Source: Promethearchaeota archaeon (lineage in GTDB: Archaea > Asgardarchaeota > Thorarchaeia > Thorarchaeales > Thorarchaeaceae). From it: a stretch of DNA of 64,000 nucleotides. The notes below the pieces were generated by a model that did no database searches, had not been told where the DNA came from, and saw nothing but the letters and a program-made list of their open reading frames with translations. The stretch covers positions 860 through 64,859 of the forward strand of contig WJMJ01000002.1 in the NCBI GenBank assembly GCA_014728035.1, read 5' to 3'. Position numbers and translations under genes: made by a program. Of the stretch, positions 28,394 to 38,290 are shown one piece after another. The first letter of the stretch is position 1, and every line of letters starts with the position of its first letter.

Positions 28394-29539
28394 ATGAGAG
28401 GAAAGCTAGTATATCCATATACAGACCTATTACTTCAATACGAATTCAAAAAAGACCATCCGTTGAAACCTGATAGATTGAAGCTAACCTATCAACTGTC
28501 CAAAGAGTTAGGACTTCTTGACAAAGTGAAGGAAATTGAGCCAAAGCTAGCTACCAGAAAAGAATTGGAGTTATTTCATACCTCTGAATTCATAGATGCG
28601 GTTGTAAGTTGTGGAAAAGATGAATGCACAAGTATGAGATACGGATTAGGAACAGCAGATAATCCGATCTTTCCACGGATTTACGATGCCGCTGCGAGAT
28701 ATGTAGGAGCCACTCTTGATGGAATGAAGGAGATCATTGCAGGAGCTTCAAACGCATTTTGTATATCGGGTGGACTTCATCATGCTCAAAGAAGCCGGGC
28801 CTCCGGTTTTTGTATATTCAACGATATTGCCATTTCCATCATGCACTTGCTTCGAAAGAAAGATTGTAAAGTTCTTTATTTGGATATTGATGCTCACCAC
28901 GGAGATGGAGTCCAAAATGCATTCTACAGATCAAAAGATGTTCTAACAATATCATTACATCAATCTGGAAAGACGTTATTCCCTGGAACTGGAAATGTGT
29001 ACGAAGCAGGTGGAGCAGAGGGTGTGGGGTACTCTGTTAATGTTCCACTTATTCCTGGAGCTGGCACACCGGAGCTTAAACGAGTACTAAATGAAGTAGT
29101 CATACCACTATTCGAATCATTCAAACCGAATCTATTAGTAACACAGCTAGGTGTTGATGGACACTTCATGGATCCATTAGCTCATTTAGCCTATACCACA
29201 CATGGATATGAGTTTGTTATCAATAAAATGAAAGAACTTACCGGAGAATACTGTGACATTGGATGGCTTGCAGTGGGTGGAGGAGGATATCATCCAGTCA
29301 ATGTGGCAAGGTTATGGACCCTATTTCTTGCATCAATGTTGGATGAAAAAGTCCCAGAGAAACTATCGGATGAATTCATCACTGCGTGTAATTCGATGGG
29401 TTATGATCGTTGTCCGCTGACGATGCATGACCAGAATGATGTGGAACAGATGTATTACTCAAGGCAAGATGTGACTTTAGATTTAGACAGACAAATCAGG
29501 AAAGTAGAGGAAATTATTTTTCCTTACCACGGTCTCTAA
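28394..29539 (+). CDS. Histone deacetylase-family (class I/AcuC-like) Zn-dependent deacetylase
   Basis: GGLHHAQRSRASGFCIFND, DIDAHHGDG and GGGGY motifs. Confidence 0.9.
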   Translation: MRGKLVYPYTDLLLQYEFKKDHPLKPDRLKLTYQLSKELGLLDKVKEIEPKLATRKELELFHTSEFIDAVVSCGKDECTSMRYGLGTADNPIFPRIYDAAARYVGATLDGMKEIIAGASNAFCISGGLHHAQRSRASGFCIFNDIAISIMHLLRKKDCKVLYLDIDAHHGDGVQNAFYRSKDVLTISLHQSGKTLFPGTGNVYEAGGAEGVGYSVNVPLIPGAGTPELKRVLNEVVIPLFESFKPNLLVTQLGVDGHFMDPLAHLAYTTHGYEFVINKMKELTGEYCDIGWLAVGGGGYHPVNVARLWTLFLASMLDEKVPEKLSDEFITACNSMGYDRCPLTMHDQNDVEQMYYSRQDVTLDLDRQIRKVEEIIFPYHGL

Positions 29540-30153
29540 TCAGATGAGATGCTAACTACTTGCTTGTCAATCCAGCTTTTCACCATCTTGGTAATGAGAT
29601 CAGATGCAGCAGCCATAATGACAGAATCTGCATCCTCTGCAAGTAGTGAAGATGGGTCTATTCCAGATCGAGCCATTTTCAGAAGTGTTGGATAAGCTAA
29701 TAATCCCAACGATTCTACTACTGTATCTGTATCTAATCCTGCTATGTCAATAGCCTCAGCAATTAGGTCAGCTGGAGAAGATTTTGAATCAGTATCAAAG
29801 AGATCAGTGAGAACCTCTCTAGAACCAGCTATCACAACATCTGGCTCAATACACTCGTCAGATACCTCAGTAAATCCACGTTCAAAAATGAAAGCGAACT
29901 GTGTGTCATTCTGCACCCTGATACAAATGCTGATATCCTGATAAGAATCTCCAGTTGCATCCATATATTCTTGAAACTCATCCTCTGATAGTTTGTGGAT
30001 ATCTTTTGCCCTCTCAATATCTACATTGAACGCAGCTCTACACCCATCAACAATGGGAGATAGAAACTCCATAATCATATATTGGTCTTCGTTTATCGCT
30101 CTGGATATCTCATGAAGATGCCATTCAAGACTTCGTTCTTCGCGTGAATTCAA
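29536..30153 (-). CDS. Acidic hypothetical protein (205 aa)
   Basis: ORF convergent with the deacetylase gene, overlapping its stop by 4 nt. Faint SCP2-like resemblance only. Confidence 0.5.
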   Translation of the reverse strand: MNSREERSLEWHLHEISRAINEDQYMIMEFLSPIVDGCRAAFNVDIERAKDIHKLSEDEFQEYMDATGDSYQDISICIRVQNDTQFAFIFERGFTEVSDECIEPDVVIAGSREVLTDLFDTDSKSSPADLIAEAIDIAGLDTDTVVESLGLLAYPTLLKMARSGIDPSSLLAEDADSVIMAAASDLITKMVKSWIDKQVVSISSD

Positions 30154-30259
30154 TTTGATTCAAATTTGATTCATGTTGAAAGTATTTATTCATGATGTTA
30201 GAGCTGAAGATAATATAATAGTAACTTGTTCGGTCAATGAAATGCAGAAGGAAAGTACT

Positions 30260-31015
30260 ATGACTACTGATATCCATACACATTTGGGAAGTGAACGAAT
30301 GTCAATACACAACGTAACAGAGCACGATCTTCCAGAACAAGTGGATATCCTATTAAATCGAATGGACACATTTGGAATTCGTCATGCAGTGCTAACACCT
30401 ATAGAACCAAGTATATCAACAAAATTGTATGCGGAAGCAAGTCGAATTAATCCTGAGAGAATTCACTACGCATGTTCAATTAATCCGAGACCTCTTGATG
30501 ATGCCCAGAAACTATTGAAAGAATATGTGAATGATCATACTGTGGCACTTGTTCTAGATGATAAAATGTATCATCCAGAGGATCCATCTATTGATAAACT
30601 GGTAGATCAGGCTATCGAGTATGAACTTCCCATATATTTTCACAGTGATCAAATGAGTGCAGCAACCTTGGCACTTGTAGATAGGTTATCTACAATTTAT
30701 CCAACTGGAAAATTCATAGTTTTACATATGGGTGGTCTATTTGGATTTCCTCAAGTCCTACCTCTAATTACTCGGGACAATGTTTTTTGCGAGATTTCTG
30801 TTACTCTAGTAAGATTAGTTGAATCACCCTTACGTATGTTTCTAGAAGCGATGATACAAGAGATTGGTGTTAGTAAGCTTATTTTTGGTTCAGAACATCA
30901 CTCAGAATATCCAGATATCATGGCTGCTCTGAATATGATAAATCTAAACATTGAGTCTAGTAGATTAATCCGTCAACAAAATGCATGGCAATTATTGAAG
31001 CTGGATTATTGTTAG
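30260..31015 (+). CDS. Amidohydrolase-family metal-dependent hydrolase (TIM barrel)
   Basis: ORF 30173..31015. The likely start is ATG 30260 (MTTDIHTHLG, a DxHxH metal motif). Later HSD, HMGG and GSEH motifs. Confidence 0.7.
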   Translation: MTTDIHTHLGSERMSIHNVTEHDLPEQVDILLNRMDTFGIRHAVLTPIEPSISTKLYAEASRINPERIHYACSINPRPLDDAQKLLKEYVNDHTVALVLDDKMYHPEDPSIDKLVDQAIEYELPIYFHSDQMSAATLALVDRLSTIYPTGKFIVLHMGGLFGFPQVLPLITRDNVFCEISVTLVRLVESPLRMFLEAMIQEIGVSKLIFGSEHHSEYPDIMAALNMINLNIESSRLIRQQNAWQLLKLDYC

Positions 31016-31016
31016 T

Positions 31017-31364
31017 CTATTCATTGTAGACTATGTTGAGGAATAACTCTCTGTTAAGTAAATCAACTATCTCACGTTTTGTAGGAAGACCAACTAGTCT
31101 TGACTTTCCGATTTCAATCGTTGGAATCCCACTTATGTCCAATTGGCCAATCAGTTCGGGAGACTGATCAATACAAGATTCGATGATTTTAGGAATTTGA
31201 TATGTTGGATTAATTCTATCTGTAATTTCATGTAAAGTCTGCAGAGCCAAATCACAAAATGCACACTTCTTCATAGTGTAAACGGTTATTTCAGCGGGCA
31301 AGGATGCATCGTTATCGATTATCTTTTTTGTGATATGATGGGATTGATTCTTAATGTCGTTCAC
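31017..31364 (-). CDS. Glutaredoxin/thioredoxin-fold protein
   Basis: CAFC (CxxC) after a beta-strand (VYTMKKCAFCDLA) and a cis-Pro motif GIPT. Confidence 0.65.
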   Translation of the reverse strand: MNDIKNQSHHITKKIIDNDASLPAEITVYTMKKCAFCDLALQTLHEITDRINPTYQIPKIIESCIDQSPELIGQLDISGIPTIEIGKSRLVGLPTKREIVDLLNRELFLNIVYNE

Positions 31365-31435
31365 AACCGTTTTTCTCCATGCGGTTTTTTTGTGTGTGCC
31401 TAACTTTGAAACTTAAACACCACAGAAATGATGAA

Positions 31436-31696
31436 TCACTCACCATATATTGGCGGTTTTAATCGGACATCATCATGAATAGATTCAATCTCTCTGATAG
31501 GAATTGCTTCCCAGGATGAATAGACTTCATCGCTGTTACGTTCCACTACAACCAGTGGTCCATCATCCTCATCAATCCAGATTTTCTTTACTTTGCCAAT
31601 TGTAAAACCCTTGAAATCGCGAACGAGTTTATCTTTCAAGAGCCATTTCATGTCATCTCTTTTCATGGCTATTCTTGTTTCACTTGCATAATTCAT
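31436..31696 (-). CDS. Small hypothetical protein, possibly PRC-barrel-like
   Basis: 86-aa ORF. GFTIGKVKKIWIDEDDGPLVVVE resembles PRC-barrel strands. Weak call. Confidence 0.4.
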   Translation of the reverse strand: MNYASETRIAMKRDDMKWLLKDKLVRDFKGFTIGKVKKIWIDEDDGPLVVVERNSDEVYSSWEAIPIREIESIHDDVRLKPPIYGE

Positions 31697-31893
31697 TGAT
31701 TAGATTGTGTAAGACCCTAAGATAACCAGCGTAACATAAGGTAGTAAAATTGGGATTTTTAATTATAGGGAATTTATCCAGACTCCTAGATGTGTCAAAT
31801 TACCAATGATTTTTGCAACAGATTGCAACCTAAGTAGATTGAAATGTATCCAGTAACTTCAATATAATAGGACAATTTGAGTGTGTTTTTCAA

Positions 31894-33072
31894 ATGGTAG
31901 CAACTATCAAAATAGAGTACAAAATCAAGGACGGGAAAAAAGAAATTCTTTCAATCCCAAAAGATGCACAACAAATAGACCTCTGGCATAAAAAGATAGT
32001 ATCGATAGACTTGATGCCTCTTACTCATTGCACGAATCTAAGAGAATTGAGATTAGGATTTAATGAAATCAGTGAAATTGACCTTAGTCCATTACATGAC
32101 GTCTCAACTTTGGAGGTTCTATACTTGAATTCAAACAAGTTAGAACGGGTAGATTTGAGCCCTCTGATTTCGTGCGATAGCCTTCAAGAGATACATTTGG
32201 AGAATAACATGCTATCCATGATAGACTTGAAGCCAGCAAGATTTTGGCTAAAAATCAGAGAGATTCGACTAGGTTTTAACAAACTGACTGGAATCGACCT
32301 TGGTCATTTAAGTGCATGTTCAGCATTAGAGGTCTTGGACGTAAGTTCCAACGATTTATCATCAATATATTTGCAACCATTAGAAGCATGTAATGCATTG
32401 AAGACACTTGATCTAAGTTATAATAAGCTTAAACAAATTAATCTCACACCTCTGGAAAAATGTAGTAATCTCGAATCATTAGTTCTCAAAAATAACAGAC
32501 TGACTGAAATTGATATTAGAGTATTAGAAAACCTGCTCAACCTTCAATGGCTCTATCTTAATTACAACCAATTAACGGATATTGATCTTACGCCTTTAGA
32601 GAAATGTAAGAAACTTGAATGGCTGTATATTTGTTATAACCAGTTGAAGACAGTTGACTTGTCACCACTAAGAAAATGCACAAACTTGCGTGACCTTAGA
32701 ATCGGTTATAATGGTCTCACGAAACTAGATTTAAGTCCGCTTAGATATGTCACCGCTCTTCAAAATCTGTATCTAAATTCTAACGATTTTGAAAGAATAG
32801 AGTTAGATCCCTTATCAAGTTGCAAAGAGTTGCAGTACCTTCGACTTAAGGGGAATGGCCTATCAAGTATTAATCTAAGTCCTCTAGGAGAATGCATTTC
32901 ATTGAGAGGTATTGACTTGAGAGAAAACCTATTACCAATAGTGAATCTTGACACCTTAGTTCAGTGTGAAAATTTGGAAACAATTAATTTGGATGATCAT
33001 ACAAAGGTATTATTTGATTCAGATATATCAAAAAGTAAAATCCCACGTGGACTTCGAGAATATGCAAATTAG
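31894..33072 (+). CDS. Leucine-rich-repeat protein (about 14-15 repeats with a 24-residue period), no signal peptide
   Basis: Repeated LxxLxLxxNxLxxIDLSPLxxCxx units (e.g. LRELRLGFNEISEIDLSPLHDVST, LEWLYICYNQLKTVDLSPLRKCTN). No N-terminal hydrophobic segment. Confidence 0.85.
   Translation: MVATIKIEYKIKDGKKEILSIPKDAQQIDLWHKKIVSIDLMPLTHCTNLRELRLGFNEISEIDLSPLHDVSTLEVLYLNSNKLERVDLSPLISCDSLQEIHLENNMLSMIDLKPARFWLKIREIRLGFNKLTGIDLGHLSACSALEVLDVSSNDLSSIYLQPLEACNALKTLDLSYNKLKQINLTPLEKCSNLESLVLKNNRLTEIDIRVLENLLNLQWLYLNYNQLTDIDLTPLEKCKKLEWLYICYNQLKTVDLSPLRKCTNLRDLRIGYNGLTKLDLSPLRYVTALQNLYLNSNDFERIELDPLSSCKELQYLRLKGNGLSSINLSPLGECISLRGIDLRENLLPIVNLDTLVQCENLETINLDDHTKVLFDSDISKSKIPRGLREYAN
31975..32994 (+). 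repeat. In-frame 72-nt periodic coding repeat (the LRR array)
   Basis: About 14 consecutive 24-codon units inside CDS 31894..33072. Confidence 0.8.
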
Positions 33073-33207
33073 TTCATATGAATTAGTATGTAGTTTATGC
33101 ACCAAAAGATGACGGTCCTAAGTATTTAGCTACTTTATACATGATTAATTAATATTCACTCTTCCGAGTATATAAATTATCGAAGGTATACTCCCAAAAT
33201 CTTGGTG

Positions 33208-34305
33208 ATGAAATTGAATGACTTGAAATTATTGGTATCTATCATTGAAGGGACAAATGATATGATCCATAGTATTTTACCTGATGATTCATTTGAATTA
33301 GTAAATTCCGCATGGTTAGAGTCTCTTGGTTATGAAGATAAAGATGTATCCAATTTGCATGTGAAGGATATAATATTTCCAGGAAATATCGCAAAATACC
33401 ATCAGTATTTGAAAGACGCATTTTCTGGAAAAGTTGTGAAAGATATCCAAACTGTCTTTCTTACTAAAGAAGGTGATATGCTACCAGTTGAAGGTAGTCT
33501 CTTTCCACGATATTCAGGAGATGAAATAGTAGCAGTAGTTGGTTTCTTTAGAGATATTGCTAAGAGGATAGAACTTGAAAAAGATCTGGAGGAATCGAGA
33601 GCACGAACTGAATTCTTTGTCGATCTGCTTGTTCATGACTTAACAAATATTCATCAAGAAGTGCTTACAACACTGGAGATACTAAGCTTTAATGAGAGTC
33701 TAGACTCAGACTCGAAATTACTTGTTAAAGGGAGTTTGAGAGAAATAGAGAGAGCATCAGATATTGTTTCTAATGTTCGGAAGATGAATCGCTTATATGC
33801 TATTAAACCAGAGGCACGGGTAGTCGATTTGTATGGAGCCTTGACTGGTGCAGTAAAAGAGGTCAAGAAAGCATTTCCCGATAAAGAACTCAAATTGGAA
33901 ACGAATATTTCGAGAGGGGACCTTGGTGTCGTAGCAGATGAATTTCTTGAAGACATATTTTATAGTCTTCTTCATAATTCGATGAAGTTCGATCAAAAAG
34001 AAGAAGTACAAATCGAAGTAATTGCAACGAAAATTAAACATACCCCATTTTTGAAAGTTCAAGTAAAAGATCATGGTCCTGGAATTCCAGATGTAGACAA
34101 AGAATCTGTATTCTCTCGCTTATCTCATAGAAGAGAGAGTATAACAGGACTTGGTCTGGGCCTTACAATAGTAAAGAAGATAATTGAAAACTATGGTGGA
34201 TTTATCAGAGTAGAAGACCGGGTGGAAGGAAAACCATCAAAGGGATGTAATTTTGTAATGCTGTTACGATACCAAACTGATTTTGAAAAAGAGGAGGATG
34301 CATAA
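33208..34305 (+). CDS. Cytoplasmic PAS-domain sensor histidine kinase
   Basis: PAS region, H-box FFVDLLVHDLTNI, and HATPase_c G-boxes (DHGPGIP, GLGLGLTIVKKIIENYGG). ATG 33208 lies within ORF 33202..34305. Confidence 0.85.
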   Translation: MKLNDLKLLVSIIEGTNDMIHSILPDDSFELVNSAWLESLGYEDKDVSNLHVKDIIFPGNIAKYHQYLKDAFSGKVVKDIQTVFLTKEGDMLPVEGSLFPRYSGDEIVAVVGFFRDIAKRIELEKDLEESRARTEFFVDLLVHDLTNIHQEVLTTLEILSFNESLDSDSKLLVKGSLREIERASDIVSNVRKMNRLYAIKPEARVVDLYGALTGAVKEVKKAFPDKELKLETNISRGDLGVVADEFLEDIFYSLLHNSMKFDQKEEVQIEVIATKIKHTPFLKVQVKDHGPGIPDVDKESVFSRLSHRRESITGLGLGLTIVKKIIENYGGFIRVEDRVEGKPSKGCNFVMLLRYQTDFEKEEDA

Positions 34306-34306
34306 T

Positions 34307-34663
34307 ATGACAACTGTGCTTATTGTTGATGATGACAAGTTCCTGCATAAGGTGTTAGAAAGAATCCTTTCTATTGGAGGACATGAAGTAGTAGGTCATG
34401 CATATAATGGAGAGGAAGCTATCGAGCTCTACATAAAAATGAATCCGCATCCGGGTATAATCTTGATGGATCATCGAATGCCAGTTATGAAGGGAACAAT
34501 TGCAACTCGTGAATTACTAAAAATCAACCCAGAAGCAAAGATATTCTTCATTAGCGCTGATGATGCAATTAAGGATGAGGCCATTGAAGCTGGAGCAATA
34601 GGTTTCTTGACCAAGCCAATCAGAAGTAAGGATCTTTTTGAAATTCTGAAAGACTATGAATAA
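34307..34663 (+). CDS. Single-domain response regulator (CheY-like receiver)
   Basis: ATG 34307 lies 1 nt after the kinase stop. VLIVDDD, phospho-acceptor ILMDHRMP, FISAD and LTKP. Confidence 0.9.
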   Translation: MTTVLIVDDDKFLHKVLERILSIGGHEVVGHAYNGEEAIELYIKMNPHPGIILMDHRMPVMKGTIATRELLKINPEAKIFFISADDAIKDEAIEAGAIGFLTKPIRSKDLFEILKDYE

Positions 34664-34716
34664 TTTAATTGGTAGCAGCTTGACACGCTGCTAGCTAATT
34701 CTTTTTTGGATGAATC

Positions 34717-36138
34717 CTACTCACAAATCTTTGGAAACCATATTTCGAACTTTGCTCCTTTTTCGAAATCATCTTGAATTCGATCAGACACTGATAATTT
34801 CCCCCCATATTTTTGGATAATTCGTATAGATTGATGGATTCCAACTCCACCAAATCGTTTCTCCGGGTCGAAGAGAGAAATTTTATCTTCTGGAGAAATA
34901 CCTTGACCGTTATCTGCAATTGAAAGAAGGTAGCCATTTGCAGATTCTGAAAGGGAAATCCACACAGACTTGTCTTTAGTGCGTGAATGTATAACTGCGT
35001 TTTCTAATAAATTCCTAATTAGAAAAGATATGTATTCATCAGCTTTGATTTTTGCTGATTCCACAGAGATATTTACATTTACTTTGACCTCTCGGTTTTT
35101 GTGCCTGAACGCATGTATTCCATCTTCCAAATACTTCTTAAGATTGACTTCTGAGAGACTGGATTGTAATAAACCACGAGTCTTTTGCACTTTCTTAATT
35201 AATTCATCAGCGTCTTTTACAGATTGAAACATGATATCCAAAAATTCTCTATTTGACTCATCTACTTGAGTCATTTCCAAGATATCCAATCCAGACGAGA
35301 TAGCCTGAAGGGATTGCCGTAAATCATGCCCCATTAAATCAATATACAACATAGCTGTTTCTGCAGCATTTTTCAATGCTTTCTCAGTATGATGTTGTAA
35401 GGTCACATCTCTAAAAAAACTATGAACCGAAACAATCTCGCCGTTATTCATCCCAGGAAACATATTTCCTTTTACATAGATTCTTGAACCATTATTTGTG
35501 CGAAATATGAATTCAAGGTTAGTCAGTGTATTTCCTTCAAAAGCTTTCTGAAGAGCCTTTTTCATAGCTTCTAATGACTTAGAATCCACATAGTCCTCAA
35601 TCTTCATTTTTTCAGTTTCGCTCTGAGGATATCCTAGTGTATTCAGCCAAGCAGAATTCACAAAAACGATTTTCTCATCTGATGAAATGCTCTGCACTAA
35701 ATCATTTGTACCCTCTACGAATGTTTTGTATCGCCTCTCACTCTCTCTCAATTTCTTCTCCATTCTATGTCGTGATATGGCAATTTCAAGACTGGTGTGA
35801 AGTTCTCTTCCTGTAAAAGGTTTTAATAGATAAGCGTAGGGTTCACTCTCTTTTGATTTCTTTAATGTTTCAGAATCAGAATATGCTGTAAGGAAAATTA
35901 TTGGGATGTCAAACCTATCTTTGATGATGTTTGCTGCCTCGATTCCGTTCATACTTCCTTTTAGCATTATATCCATCAGGACTACATCAGGCCTTTCTTG
36001 TTCTGCTAATTCTATTGCTTCTCTACCTGTAGATGAAATGCCAGATACAATATAACCTAAGTCAGTTAGACGTGCTTCGATTTCCATAGCTACAATCGCT
36101 TCATCTTCAGTTATCTGAACTCGTACATCTGAAACCAA
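34717..36138 (-). CDS. Hybrid receiver-PAS-histidine kinase
   Basis: TTG start at 36138 abuts the upstream TAA. REC domain (VVLMDIML, FLTAY, LLKPF), PAS, H-box LMGHDLRQSL, and HATPase_c (DNGQGI, GGVGIHQSIRIIQKYGG). Confidence 0.85.
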   Translation of the reverse strand: MVSDVRVQITEDEAIVAMEIEARLTDLGYIVSGISSTGREAIELAEQERPDVVLMDIMLKGSMNGIEAANIIKDRFDIPIIFLTAYSDSETLKKSKESEPYAYLLKPFTGRELHTSLEIAISRHRMEKKLRESERRYKTFVEGTNDLVQSISSDEKIVFVNSAWLNTLGYPQSETEKMKIEDYVDSKSLEAMKKALQKAFEGNTLTNLEFIFRTNNGSRIYVKGNMFPGMNNGEIVSVHSFFRDVTLQHHTEKALKNAAETAMLYIDLMGHDLRQSLQAISSGLDILEMTQVDESNREFLDIMFQSVKDADELIKKVQKTRGLLQSSLSEVNLKKYLEDGIHAFRHKNREVKVNVNISVESAKIKADEYISFLIRNLLENAVIHSRTKDKSVWISLSESANGYLLSIADNGQGISPEDKISLFDPEKRFGGVGIHQSIRIIQKYGGKLSVSDRIQDDFEKGAKFEIWFPKICE

Positions 36139-38289
36139 TTAGGTATCCCCTTTATGAAATGTAATGGTAAACCTAGTTCCATTGGAAGTATCCAAATCCA
36201 GTTCACCATCAAGTTGGTCTTTAACTATCCGTTTTATTAGAGTCAGACCAAGACTTTCGTGTTCCAAATCATTTAGGTCTGTCTCAAATCCCATGCCATT
36301 ATCAGAGATTGATAATACTACAAAATCATCATCTTCACTATTAAGGTTGATTTGGACCTCCCCCTTTTTAGTTTCAGAAAAAGCATGTTTGAAAGAATTC
36401 GAAAGAATCTCATTCAAGACAATACCACATGGTACTGCATATTCTATGGAAAGAGTGATAGGCTCAATATCTATCTTTAGATTGACAATATTGGACCCTG
36501 ATCTATAAGTGTTAAAGAGCATCATTGTTAGCTGACTGATATACGAATCCATTCTCACGCTAGTACGATTTTCAGAATTATACAGCAGTTCATGGACTAA
36601 AGACATTGAGCGGATTCGTGCCTGACCTTCCAAGTATTTGTGTCTTGCTTTGGGATCTTTGATAGTTCTCGATTCCAAATAGAGAAGGCTTGAAATAACC
36701 TGTAGATTATTTTTTACACGATGATGAATCTCTCGAAGTAGTAACTCACGTTCTTCTAGTCTGTTTTCCAATTCTTCTGCAGTTCTAGAAAGATCTTCAA
36801 GTAATTGAACTTTACGAATCGATAATGCTGTTAGATTCGCAAAGGTGCAAAAAAGATCAATATCCTCCGAACTGTATGCATCAGATAAACTACTTTGTAT
36901 TTGCATAACACCTACAATTTGGTCACCTATTTTCATAGGTGCATACAACGCCGAACGGGAGCTTTTTTCTTCTTCTGGTGGTGGAGAGCCCTCATATATT
37001 TCGCCTTTTTCCGTTACAGTATAACTTGTCTTTGAAGTTTGCAAGGTTGACCCAAGATCAGGTGTATAGAAATGTCTTCCAGAATGGATTACTCTGCTTT
37101 GTGTTCCTTTACCAATTTCACCTAGAGGGATAGGTGGAAAAGAAGAAACATCCAATTCATTTCCTTCAGAAATGGCATATTCAGCAAAAATAAGCTTGGT
37201 TTCACTATCAAAAGATGAAACAATGAAACTTTTTGCATCTATTAGGAATTTGATATGCGCATAAACCGTACGATACACATCATCACGAGAATAGATTTCA
37301 GCCAATGCCACCAATAAGCGATTTGTTTCGACTTGTTGACGAAATAGTTTTCTAGTGGCACGCTCTAATGTTTTTTTCTCAGAAATATCTTCAAATGACA
37401 ACTGTACAGCAATAGTATCTTCCCAAATTACAGGTGTTGCTATCACTTGAGCATAGAATAATTCATCATCTAGTCTAATCAATTCAAGAATATCAGGAGA
37501 AGATGGAAGTTGTCGAGATAGTACGTTGTCAATGATATTCTTCAAACTGGAAAGATTCCCAGATGATACAATCTGATTAATGCCTTTACCTATCACACAA
37601 CGCTCAGGTGTTGCATTGAATAAACGAGCAGCTTCAGAATTTGCGTATAGTACTATATCATCCTTCATAATTAGAATTCCCTCGGGGTACGCATCGATCA
37701 TAGTCCGATATCTAGTTCTTTCCTCTTTCAATGCGCCAACTGTATCCTGAAAGTCTTTTGAGGTGATTTCAAATGAATGCAGCACAAACCAAAAAATTGC
37801 TGCTAATAGGAAATAATCAATAACGGAGATCGGATTAATTTGCAAATTGTATAGAGTTCTAGTTATCATGTATAGGATTGAAGATATACTGGCAGATACG
37901 AAACTCGCCCATGGTCTTATCAGTACAGCTGAAAGTATAATAGGAATTACAAAAGAAACCAAACCGCTTGTTTCTTTAACAACAATCAACGGATAACTGG
38001 AAATCGTAATTATATAAAAAATTCCCACAACTAATACTCCAGTTGAAGTTGTTGATGTATACCTATTAGCCAAGATGAAAAATAATGAGTAAAGGAAAGT
38101 AATGAATGTAAAATAAAAGACTGGCAAAAGACCCGGTCCGAAAATAAACTGCATTATGAAGAAGAATAAAGAACCGAATAGTGCTATGATTAGGATAACT
38201 TTGAAGATTTTGTCCAAGATTATGCTTCTTTTTGATTCCGAAGTAAAAAAACTGCTTAGAATCTTGTTGGGAATTGGTGACCCCCTCAT
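36139..38289 (-). CDS. Membrane-bound PAS-GAF sensor kinase with a HisKA_2-type phosphoacceptor domain
   Basis: The likely start is ATG 38289 (MRGSPIP), 1 nt after the upstream stop and preceded by GAGGAGGA. The ORF track extends to 38367, overlapping the neighbour. About 6 TM helices, PAS, GAF-like region, EIHHRVKNNLQVISSLL, and HATPase_c. Confidence 0.85.
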   Translation of the reverse strand: MRGSPIPNKILSSFFTSESKRSIILDKIFKVILIIALFGSLFFFIMQFIFGPGLLPVFYFTFITFLYSLFFILANRYTSTTSTGVLVVGIFYIITISSYPLIVVKETSGLVSFVIPIILSAVLIRPWASFVSASISSILYMITRTLYNLQINPISVIDYFLLAAIFWFVLHSFEITSKDFQDTVGALKEERTRYRTMIDAYPEGILIMKDDIVLYANSEAARLFNATPERCVIGKGINQIVSSGNLSSLKNIIDNVLSRQLPSSPDILELIRLDDELFYAQVIATPVIWEDTIAVQLSFEDISEKKTLERATRKLFRQQVETNRLLVALAEIYSRDDVYRTVYAHIKFLIDAKSFIVSSFDSETKLIFAEYAISEGNELDVSSFPPIPLGEIGKGTQSRVIHSGRHFYTPDLGSTLQTSKTSYTVTEKGEIYEGSPPPEEEKSSRSALYAPMKIGDQIVGVMQIQSSLSDAYSSEDIDLFCTFANLTALSIRKVQLLEDLSRTAEELENRLEERELLLREIHHRVKNNLQVISSLLYLESRTIKDPKARHKYLEGQARIRSMSLVHELLYNSENRTSVRMDSYISQLTMMLFNTYRSGSNIVNLKIDIEPITLSIEYAVPCGIVLNEILSNSFKHAFSETKKGEVQINLNSEDDDFVVLSISDNGMGFETDLNDLEHESLGLTLIKRIVKDQLDGELDLDTSNGTRFTITFHKGDT

Positions 38290-38290
38290 A

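Noticed and set aside
31975-32994. Strong 72-nt sequence periodicity (and the ~70-nt periodicity at 59437..60114) considered as a possible CRISPR array or tandem DNA repeat.
   Set aside because: The repeats are in frame within long ORFs and diverge at synonymous and spacer-like positions in the manner of protein repeats (LRR and TSP3-like). There is no repeat-spacer architecture and there are no cas genes.
34695-34937. 80-aa minus-strand ORF overlapping the 3' end of the hybrid kinase gene in another frame.
   Set aside because: It lies almost entirely inside the HATPase_c-coding part of 34717..36138, and nothing independently supports it.
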